Shown piece after piece: positions 9,446 through 17,434 of a stretch of DNA of 25,885 bases (position 1 is the stretch's first letter; each line of letters begins with the position of its first letter). Source of the DNA: a virus (lineage: Duplodnaviria; Caudoviricetes); the IMG/VR virus record IMGVR_UViG_3300017784_004954, positions 1-25,885 of that record; one strand, 5' to 3'. Position numbers and translations under genes: made by a program. Under the pieces are notes generated by a model. That model had not been told where the DNA came from. It made no database searches and worked only from the letters and a program-made list of their open reading frames with translations.

Positions 9446-9746
9446 ACGCATCGTTAGCAAAACCTTTACATTCAATAATATAATTATCTCCTGTAAAGTC
9501 TGGTGTATAAGTAATTGGTCTTATTTTTTCACCACAATATTCAAATTTTTCTTGTAAAACAAATGTTTCTTCTTCATATAATGGTTTAAGACCTTTTAAG
9601 ATCATCTGTTCATAACAATATGCTTCAAGTTTAGATCTAAATCTAATACCATTTACCTCAATAGGTGTAGCATTTCTTATTTTAACATTTTCTCCTGGAG
9701 TTTCTTTAACCCATCTCAACTTCCCTTTAACAATTTGTTTTCTCAC
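9446..9746 (-). CDS. Exon 1 of DUF1064-type PD-(D/E)XK endonuclease (resolvase-like); spliced product 150 aa
   Basis: GIRFRSKLEA, ITYTPDF and IIECKG motifs. The apparent TAA at 9446-9444 straddles the 5' splice site. Confidence 0.85.
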
Positions 9747-10137
9747 TAAATATATTTTTTACTATAAATTCAAATTGAACTGAATATTTCATTTTTACTT
9801 TATATCTGTCGTAATATTTTGATACATAAATACCCCAAATTTTAGGGTTTGTAGTATCTGACAAATCAGCACTAAATTCAACATCTGGATCAAAATGAAT
9901 ATTAATTTGATTTGCTATAATACCTAATCTTTTAGTAGTATCTGTAGCGTATTGGATAACATGATTACTATCCATATCTAAATAAGTTTTTATAGCATCT
10001 ATTCTAACTGTATCTGTTTCTGTAGTTAACATAAACAGTTCAACATCATTATTTTGCTGTAACTTTTTTATATATAGTCTAAAATCATCTTTATCCCATG
10101 TAGTTGTCCCTTCAAAGGAAACTTTTAGTTTATCCAT
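9727..10137 (-). CDS. HAD-fold-like protein with degenerate motifs
   Basis: KVSFEGT, ELFMLT and IHFDPD align with HAD motifs I, II and IV, but the motif I DxD is missing. Confidence 0.45.
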   Translation of the reverse strand: MDKLKVSFEGTTTWDKDDFRLYIKKLQQNNDVELFMLTTETDTVRIDAIKTYLDMDSNHVIQYATDTTKRLGIIANQINIHFDPDVEFSADLSDTTNPKIWGIYVSKYYDRYKVKMKYSVQFEFIVKNIFSEKTNC

Positions 10138-11167
10138 TTAATAATTTCTTTGTTTCATTCTCTCCATATTTTTTAAAATAATCTGATATATCTTTACACC
10201 CTCTGTAGCCTTTCTTTCTATTCCAAAGGCTATCTGTGAGGAAATAAGGTTTTAGACCATATTGTTTTCTGTATAACCAAGCTAAGTGAATACCTGAATT
10301 ATCATAATCAAATAAAGTAATTATAGTTTTAAATCTATGTTTAAGCTCAGACATAACACTTTCTTTAATTAATATACTTTCAGATTGGGGAGCAATTGCT
10401 GTTATTCCTAGTTCATAAAAAGACATACAATCTTTAAGAGCCTTAGTTATTATTAATAAATCACCAGTTTTAGGCATTTGATCCCAACCTTGTATTATAC
10501 TTTTATCAGGGCTATACCAATTGTACTTTTCATCATAAGGTCTGTATATCTTATAAGTATCTCTTTCATCCTTAATAAATTTATAAGAATAAATAGGATT
10601 ATTCAAACTTTCAAACCAGGTATAACTATAATCTTCTTTATCAAAATCTACCTGACTACAGGGATAGACATTAAATTTTAACAAAGTTGTTAACTTTATA
10701 CCATATTGTATCCAATAATTATAATCTGATATATTAAAATATCTGAATTTTGGATTTAAGGCTATTTTAACGTGTTTTAAGACGCTTTCAGGTTTTACAT
10801 AATAATTTATATTACTTAATCCTAAATCATCGTCTAAAAGCGTTAAAACAGCTTTAAAATCCAAACCATACTTCTGTTGAATATAACTAAAACAATTAAA
10901 ACATTGTTTTGTACTAAAATCATAATAAATAAGACCTCCAAACCTATTATAGGATATTGCAGCTGATGGATTTCTATCCTTTCTAAGTTCTGAACAGAAA
11001 GCTCTGTTTATCCCCTTAAAATTACTGCAATATTTTTTGAAAATTTCATATTCACTGATTTTAGCTAATATATCATCAGTTGTAAGATGTTTCCTTACTT
11101 TAATATCAGAACCTTTAAAATAAAAAGAGGGGCTAACAATTAAGTCAGCCCCAATTCCTTTTATCAT
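10130..11167 (-). CDS. dnaG: DNA primase (DnaG-like, crAss type)
   Basis: N-terminal Zn-binding-domain-like S.LR.DRNPS..YYDF; YKIYRP; TOPRIM IITKALKD, APQSE, LFDYDNSG; replication context. Confidence 0.85.
   Translation of the reverse strand: MIKGIGADLIVSPSFYFKGSDIKVRKHLTTDDILAKISEYEIFKKYCSNFKGINRAFCSELRKDRNPSAAISYNRFGGLIYYDFSTKQCFNCFSYIQQKYGLDFKAVLTLLDDDLGLSNINYYVKPESVLKHVKIALNPKFRYFNISDYNYWIQYGIKLTTLLKFNVYPCSQVDFDKEDYSYTWFESLNNPIYSYKFIKDERDTYKIYRPYDEKYNWYSPDKSIIQGWDQMPKTGDLLIITKALKDCMSFYELGITAIAPQSESILIKESVMSELKHRFKTIITLFDYDNSGIHLAWLYRKQYGLKPYFLTDSLWNRKKGYRGCKDISDYFKKYGENETKKLLNG
11117..11152 (-). terminator. Intrinsic terminator downstream of ssb, lying within the 5' end of the primase ORF
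   Basis: GGGGCTGAC-ttaatt-GTTAGCCCC followed by TCTTTTTATTTT on the - strand. Confidence 0.75.
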
Positions 11168-11188
11168 ATTTTATTATTTATTATTGTT

Positions 11189-11779
11189 TTAGAAAGGTAA
11201 GCCAGAATCATCCAATGTCAAAATTGGATCAGATGTCACACTAAAACCTACGGGAAGCATTTTAATATCTCTCATTGGATCAAAAGTAAGTTTTGTCTGA
11301 GAAATAGGAATATTTATTGATTCAAAAGCATCTGACATTTCAGATTTAATAAATTTACCACCATCTTTTTTTTCAATTTCTTTACCTTTAGCTTTTCCAC
11401 GATATTTTGCACCCATGAAAAGAGCACCTGTTTTTTGTGCAAACTCATCTTGTGAAGTAGCATTAATTGCATTATATTCAGCTTCCTTACCAAGCATAAT
11501 TGCTTTTTTCTTCATTGATTCTGCTGATACACTTAAAGCAGATTTAGTTTTACCAGGACTTACAGTACTATTTAACCAGTATTGTCTTGCTACTTGTTCT
11601 CCTGCTGGGGTGGTGTTAGTTTCTTCAATAAACATACTACCATTAGTAGCTTTTTTTAATTCCCAGTTTGTAATCTGAAAGTCATAAACTCCAGGTTTAG
11701 CATATTGAACCCTATCTCCTGAACCTTCTGGTTTTGTAATAACTACTTCTGACGCTTTAAAATTAAATGTATTTTCCAT
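11189..11779 (-). CDS. ssb: Probable single-stranded DNA-binding protein (DUF669-like)
   Basis: PGVYDFQI beta-rich N-terminus, acidic SSB-type tip DDSGLPF, located between a Sak4-like ATPase and the primase. Confidence 0.7.
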   Translation of the reverse strand: MENTFNFKASEVVITKPEGSGDRVQYAKPGVYDFQITNWELKKATNGSMFIEETNTTPAGEQVARQYWLNSTVSPGKTKSALSVSAESMKKKAIMLGKEAEYNAINATSQDEFAQKTGALFMGAKYRGKAKGKEIEKKDGGKFIKSEMSDAFESINIPISQTKLTFDPMRDIKMLPVGFSVTSDPILTLDDSGLPF

Positions 11780-11815
11780 ATATATTTTTTGTTTTATTTT
11801 ATTTTATATTATTTA

Positions 11816-12511
11816 TTAAGATACAAATTCAATGATTTTATCATAAATCTGTTGTGAATCATTTGTTATATTATAAGTTTCTTCTCCAAAAATAGCTGGG
11901 GGACATTTAGACGAAGATCTTTCTTGTACAAGATCAAATGTATAGTCTGGTTTACCTTTATCATTGAATTTTTGTTCTGCATACATTACTACAGTAAACT
12001 CTTTTTCAATTAAACCTTCCCACTCCTTACCTTTAACTCTACATCTTTTTTCTTGAGCTCCTTCTATTCCAAGAATCTCATAATGCCCTGTAATAAAGAC
12101 TTCTTTTGGTACTCTTTTAATCATAAATAAAAGTTTACCAATTTCTTCATTATAAGCATTCCAAATATCAAATCCTTTATATCTTTTTCTGCAGTCAGCT
12201 AATAGTAATTCTACATAAGCAGAAAAACTATCAAAAACTATAGTTTTGATTTCAGAATTTTTTGCATACTCAATCAGAGCATTAAATGCATCTGCATAAG
12301 TTGTACATCTTGTATGAAACTTAAATTTGTTCTTAAAAGGTAAAGGTTTATTTTCTACATTAATAAAACCTGTTGTATCAGGATTCATATTTCTAAAACT
12401 ATAAGTCTTACCTTTACCTGATTGACCTAATTGTAAAATTTTGTAATAATCTCTTGTTGTTTCCATTGTTTTAGCCATAATTGGCTCTTTCATCACTCCC
12501 GTTTCACTCAT
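11816..12511 (-). CDS. AAA_24 / Sak4-like ATPase (ssDNA annealing recombinase)
   Basis: Walker A GQSGKGKT, Walker B IVFDSFS, FITGH; adjacent to SSB. Confidence 0.8.
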   Translation of the reverse strand: MSETGVMKEPIMAKTMETTRDYYKILQLGQSGKGKTYSFRNMNPDTTGFINVENKPLPFKNKFKFHTRCTTYADAFNALIEYAKNSEIKTIVFDSFSAYVELLLADCRKRYKGFDIWNAYNEEIGKLLFMIKRVPKEVFITGHYEILGIEGAQEKRCRVKGKEWEGLIEKEFTVVMYAEQKFNDKGKPDYTFDLVQERSSSKCPPAIFGEETYNITNDSQQIYDKIIEFVS

Positions 12512-12514
12512 TAA

Positions 12515-13639
12515 TTAGATTTTTTTTTCTAAAATTTTTCTATAAATATCATCACTCATATCACCTGGTTTAGGTAATTCAGCAAATTGATTAACAGCAC
12601 CATTAAAATATAATGGCACACTTATAAATCCTGTTCCTCTACGATTTAAAATTATTGATAACTCCCTGAAATTATCTCCTAATTTTGTAATATCATAACC
12701 TTCCCATTGATTTATGCTGTATCTATGTGGTGCAAAAAGTCCCAACATAATATCCACATCACGGCTGGTAAGCTTACAATCACCTAATCCAGAAGCTGAA
12801 GGCATTAATTTGTCTTCAATTGATTCTCCCTTATAAGTATATTGTTGTTGTTCAGTCATTGCTGCTTGTTGTTGGATATTTACTGGTATATAATTCCATC
12901 TATTTCTCATCTTAATGCAATAATTAGATGAGAAAGTACTCATTGCTTCATGTAAGGATTTACCACTTTCTGGTTGTAATAAGCTTAAATGGTCTGTTAT
13001 AATAACAACATACTCATTTGGATCATCTGGTTGATACCTATCTAAAGTTTTAATAACCTCAAGATTTCCACTGTCAATATATTCGTGAGGTATGTTTTTA
13101 CCATCTTTACTTATATATTTACCATGTGAATTGGCATAATCTCTGATATACTTATAAATACCAAAAGGGTTCCTTATTTCATCAACAAAAGTAATTATAG
13201 ACTCAAAATCCTTAAAGAATTCTTCATATTCCTCTATTTGCTTTTCAACAGAGTCTTCAAGAATATACCCCTCAAATAATGAATCCATTTTTTCTGGACT
13301 TACAATACTTTTTGTATCACGATACAGTTTATGTGAAATAACAGATTTTATTTTCTCTTCTTTTCTCATCTCTAATGAAAAATAGAAAATCTTTAATTTA
13401 ATATTAGATTTATTCTGTTTTAAATAGAAATAAGGCTCATAAAGAAATAAAAAATCTGCTAATTGTGTTTTTCCGACTTTTTGATTAGCCGAAACTAAAT
13501 AGTATCTACCTTGTTGTATTCCTGGTATTACAGAACTAAATCTTTTTAATGACCAAGGTATACAATTAGGGTTACCACTTAATCTATTTTGCTTATTTTC
13601 CTTTATACCATGTAATACTCTTTTAAACGTTTCACTCAT
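12515..13639 (-). CDS. dnaB: DnaB-like (SF4) replicative helicase
   Basis: Walker A ANQKVGKT, YFSLEM, ITDHLSLL, IQQQ, RDVDIMLGL, LNRRG. Confidence 0.85.
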   Translation of the reverse strand: MSETFKRVLHGIKENKQNRLSGNPNCIPWSLKRFSSVIPGIQQGRYYLVSANQKVGKTQLADFLFLYEPYFYLKQNKSNIKLKIFYFSLEMRKEEKIKSVISHKLYRDTKSIVSPEKMDSLFEGYILEDSVEKQIEEYEEFFKDFESIITFVDEIRNPFGIYKYIRDYANSHGKYISKDGKNIPHEYIDSGNLEVIKTLDRYQPDDPNEYVVIITDHLSLLQPESGKSLHEAMSTFSSNYCIKMRNRWNYIPVNIQQQAAMTEQQQYTYKGESIEDKLMPSASGLGDCKLTSRDVDIMLGLFAPHRYSINQWEGYDITKLGDNFRELSIILNRRGTGFISVPLYFNGAVNQFAELPKPGDMSDDIYRKILEKKI

Positions 13640-14223
13640 TAAATCATTTGCTTATTAGATTTATAACTAATTTCTTCATCTTCAAGATAAGCCTCCCAAC
13701 CTTTATTTCTAAGATAGACTATAAGTCCAGTCATAAATATAAGGTCGTCTGATCTTTTCTTTTCTTCAACTTCTTTTCTAATAGCTTTAATAATTTGATT
13801 GTGTAGTTCTAAATTAACTTCATTATTACTTGCTATAAATTTTTTGTAAACTATTCTACAATTGTCTTTTTCAGTTTGTAGTCTTCTTTTCTTAAATCCC
13901 TTAGTTACTACTTTAGGATATTCTTTAGTTATTTCTTCAAATAGTTTGTTAAAATCAACTTCTGTTTGATTACCAATAAACAGTTGTTTTGTCTTTTCAG
14001 TAGTTATAACATTACTAGGGATATACTTTAATTCTATATCTTCTAATGCTATATAACCTTCCTGTAAGAGCTTTTCAAAGGTGGAGATAGGTACTTTACC
14101 AACAGATTTTAAATAGGTCATTAGAGAACGAGAATCTCTAACATATAACATATACAGGATTAAGTATATGTTTGCATCTAGTTTAATTTCTGATAGTAAT
14201 TCTGTATTAATTTCTATCTTCAT
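13639..14223 (-). CDS. Hypothetical protein, possible replication initiator/helicase loader
   Basis: Overlaps the helicase start. N-terminal wHTH-like segment (LLQEGYI) and C-terminal FEE...YP...YLRNKGWE resembling replisome-organiser C-termini; function inferred. Confidence 0.5.
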   Translation of the reverse strand: MKIEINTELLSEIKLDANIYLILYMLYVRDSRSLMTYLKSVGKVPISTFEKLLQEGYIALEDIELKYIPSNVITTEKTKQLFIGNQTEVDFNKLFEEITKEYPKVVTKGFKKRRLQTEKDNCRIVYKKFIASNNEVNLELHNQIIKAIRKEVEEKKRSDDLIFMTGLIVYLRNKGWEAYLEDEEISYKSNKQMI

Positions 14224-14297
14224 TTATTTTTTTATTAAAAGCAGTTTCTAATATTATTATAGTCCTAATAAACTGTTAAATTTGGGACTTTATGAAA

Positions 14298-14615
14298 GGA
14301 ACAACCTATGAACTGATAAATTTTACCAATTCACTTGGTTTTATTAATCTACTCTACCCAATTAAGGATGCTGTTTCAAAAAGCGCTACTTATTGCTTTA
14401 TGATGGCTTACCACTATTGCAGATAATACATTTATAAAGTATTGTAAAATTCGTGCTATTTTCTACGGATAGATTTAATAGAGTTTACACATTTTATAAT
14501 ATACTTATAGCCTTAATTTTCTAACTTTGATTAACATTACTACTCTCTTTAGTACTTATCTTACAGGCCATTATGAACGAGGTTCGTTGGAAAGTAATTG
14601 TTCAAAGATTGTTCC
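14298..14615 (-). ncRNA. Candidate large structured non-coding RNA
   Basis: Closing stem GGAACAAUCUUUGAAC/GUUCAUAGGUUGUUCC (15 of 16 positions paired) plus several internal stems; G-U pairs favour the - strand. No convincing ORF in the 413-nt gap. Confidence 0.55.
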
Positions 14616-14636
14616 GTGAGTTTAATTGATTTTTAT

Positions 14637-15932
14637 TTACATTGTTATTAATTCTTTACTTTTAATTTCACTAAATTGAAGTTCTCTTTGTTCTTGTTTA
14701 TCAGGTTTATGGTTATTAAGATATAATTCAATAGCTACAGGACATACCATACGTACTGTACCTTTTAATGATATATTATTTACCTTATTAACTTTAGCTG
14801 ATAATAATCTTGCCTCAAGTTTTTTACGTTTATTTTTACTTGGTAGATTACCACATAACACATTAAGCTCTTTTACATCTCTAATAACTGATAAATATGT
14901 AGCTTTAACACGTCTTTTATAAGACACCAAATCATCAAAAGTTATAAAACATTTTTCATTTGGTTTTGTCCATTTAACAATACTTAAAATATTAGGATGT
15001 TCTGATTGTTTTGCGTTTGGATCTATAAAATAAGTAGTACCAGATATAGGATTAATAAAGTTAAACATATGATAATTTGATTCCTTTAATTTAAGAAATT
15101 TTTCATCAACATTAACAACTGTTACTTTTACTTGTTCTTCTCCAATTGTTTTGATTATTTCTGAATAACCAGGAACATCATCATTATTATCAAGAAATTT
15201 AATATTTGGTTTTAAAGAACAAGTTTCTACACTATTAAAATCTAGTTTTGATTCTAAATAACTTGCACGTTTAACTGGTAAGTTAGATCCTACACCTCCC
15301 CTATCACTATGTCTTGTATTCTTATAGCAACTATTAGAATGGTAGTAACCACCTTCAGCTTCCTCATAATGTCCCATCATAATCATTCCAATATCTGGAA
15401 AAATAAATGTTAGTTTATTATAAGAAAGATCAGTAAGTTCTGCATAGTGTTTATCATAAAATCCCTGTGGATTTTCTTTAAGTTTAGCTAATAAATGTGG
15501 ATTTGAAAGATAAATATGAATCCAATGAACTGTATCATTATATTCTTTATCTATCCCCTCACCATATTTACTAGCAAACATACCATTGTGAGCAACTACA
15601 GGTTTATCTGTAAATCCCTGCATCATTGTAATACTTTCAAAATCAAAGTCTACAACAAAAGGATGAGTATTTTTAAATACATCTTTACCTGATGTGGCAA
15701 TTCTGTGATGAATAACTAACTCATCTTTATCACCAAGTTTAGCTGATTTTATATCATCAATCATTGTTTCAACATCAAAATATCCTTTTGATAGATAAAT
15801 TTTAGTTTCCTTATCTTTTTTCCACGCATAACCAGAACCCATACTATTAGTATAAGCTCCGTTTCTGATCCACTGATATAATTCTTCAGTATCTTTCTTA
15901 GTTCCTTTAGGACAGGCTGAAATTATACACAT
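14637..15932 (-). CDS. Class II glutamine amidotransferase (Ntn) with C-terminal extension
   Basis: Catalytic Cys2 (MCII), HHRIATSG, NTHPF, AHNG, NDT. Confidence 0.85.
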   Translation of the reverse strand: MCIISACPKGTKKDTEELYQWIRNGAYTNSMGSGYAWKKDKETKIYLSKGYFDVETMIDDIKSAKLGDKDELVIHHRIATSGKDVFKNTHPFVVDFDFESITMMQGFTDKPVVAHNGMFASKYGEGIDKEYNDTVHWIHIYLSNPHLLAKLKENPQGFYDKHYAELTDLSYNKLTFIFPDIGMIMMGHYEEAEGGYYHSNSCYKNTRHSDRGGVGSNLPVKRASYLESKLDFNSVETCSLKPNIKFLDNNDDVPGYSEIIKTIGEEQVKVTVVNVDEKFLKLKESNYHMFNFINPISGTTYFIDPNAKQSEHPNILSIVKWTKPNEKCFITFDDLVSYKRRVKATYLSVIRDVKELNVLCGNLPSKNKRKKLEARLLSAKVNKVNNISLKGTVRMVCPVAIELYLNNHKPDKQEQRELQFSEIKSKELITM

Positions 15933-17434
15933 ACAAATCCTTTTTCATTATTTTCGTTTTTCAATTCTATAATGCTTTTATTTTTTTCTGATTTTGTTTC
16001 ATATTCTTTAGCTTCTGATATATCTAAAGTAAATAATAATTTACGTTCTTCAATATATTGTACAAGAGATTTACCCATTTTAGGATAAGCTTTATACATA
16101 ATATCAGAAAGTTTAATATCACTATTTATTTCAGATTTACAATTTTCAACAAACCACATCACCCCCATAAATATAAGCAACCAATTCCTGGTTTTTGTAT
16201 AATTTAATGTGGCTGAATGTAATCTTATTTCCCAAGTTCTTGAAGTATCTTTTTGTTTTTTATTTTCAAAGTATACATCTCTGGTGTTAAACATTGCTGG
16301 TATAAAATTAACCCAAGAATATCTTGGTGTAGAATGGTTATAACCACATTTAGCTCCCATAGGGTGATTATTTCTTCTTGATCTTAGTTTAGTACCTTTA
16401 ACAGATAAAAAGTCATATAAAGCATTATAATCAGTATCTATATTGATTTTATACTCTTCTTTTGACTGTGTTTTTAAATCATGTTTAAATACAAACTTTT
16501 CAAGTTTTCTACAATAGCTATTGTGTCTTCTAGTATTTGGCACCATTTCGTAAATCTCATCTTCAATAAAACATGATATTTTATATAAAAATAATAAGTT
16601 TTCTTTATTAAAATCCATTCCACCTATATGAATATGTGTAGAACAGTATTTATCAAGTAAAGCTTTCTGACTTAAAAGATTACAAATTTCTTGCAAATGT
16701 CTAAAACCATTATCACCATGTAATACTCCTGTAACTATTTCTGGTCCACCCGAACCAGCATTCATAGAACCATCTCTTACACAACTAACATTATAATTTT
16801 TAGCTTTATAAAGAGGTAACCACAAGTTAGCTGCTTCAAACTCAACACCAAATGTATATTGTTTACCTTCAGATAATAAAAAAGACTGTGAATGAATACC
16901 GAATTTTTTAGATATGTCTGCAGAATGGCTATCAGGATTATAAATAAAAGTATTTTTATAAATAAAATGTTCATGATTACCCCTCATTGTAGTTTTTTCA
17001 TTTGGTTTAAACCATATTCCCTGAGTTTTATCTTCAACATAACCTAATTCAGTAGCTATTTCTTCAGATTTAATATACATTAAACAGGCCATCTTACTAA
17101 AAAATATAACAGGTGCTGCACCTTGAGTTATATTATAATGTGTAATACCAATTGATACACCATCATCAAGTAATACTTTTGTTGATGGTTTTTTTATAGC
17201 TTGTACATCATAAGAACTTTCAACATTATCTACAGCATCAAAATATTTAACTATCTGTGATTCATGTTTTAATTTTTTTGAATGTACATATGATAATAAA
17301 GCATTAAACTCTGGCAAATTACTTGGGACATATGTAATAGGTGAATTTTCATGTGTTAAATCGCTAATATCTGGTAATATTACTATTGCATCATCTATTA
17401 TTGTAGGATTTAAATCCGTTGCATTAGTTGGCAT
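15923..17434 (-). CDS. Putative amidoligase (COOH-NH2 ligase, Amidoligase_2-like)
   Basis: TFGVEFE, DGS, PEIVT, CSTHIHIG, RRHNSYC, RYSWVN, TWEIRLHSATL. Confidence 0.85.
   Translation of the reverse strand: MPTNATDLNPTIIDDAIVILPDISDLTHENSPITYVPSNLPEFNALLSYVHSKKLKHESQIVKYFDAVDNVESSYDVQAIKKPSTKVLLDDGVSIGITHYNITQGAAPVIFFSKMACLMYIKSEEIATELGYVEDKTQGIWFKPNEKTTMRGNHEHFIYKNTFIYNPDSHSADISKKFGIHSQSFLLSEGKQYTFGVEFEAANLWLPLYKAKNYNVSCVRDGSMNAGSGGPEIVTGVLHGDNGFRHLQEICNLLSQKALLDKYCSTHIHIGGMDFNKENLLFLYKISCFIEDEIYEMVPNTRRHNSYCRKLEKFVFKHDLKTQSKEEYKINIDTDYNALYDFLSVKGTKLRSRRNNHPMGAKCGYNHSTPRYSWVNFIPAMFNTRDVYFENKKQKDTSRTWEIRLHSATLNYTKTRNWLLIFMGVMWFVENCKSEINSDIKLSDIMYKAYPKMGKSLVQYIEERKLLFTLDISEAKEYETKSEKNKSIIELKNENNEKGFVCV

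Noticed and set aside
9444-9746. DUF1064 gene as a truncated pseudogene
   Set aside because: The stop is created by the intron boundary; splicing restores a full ORF.
14224-14636. tmRNA, RNase P RNA, cobalamin riboswitch or CRISPR array
   Set aside because: None of the diagnostic motifs or regularly spaced repeats is visible.
16777-16974. Nested - strand 65-aa hydrophobic ORF
   Set aside because: Alternative frame within the conserved amidoligase core; hydrophobicity is expected from AT-rich off-frame translation.
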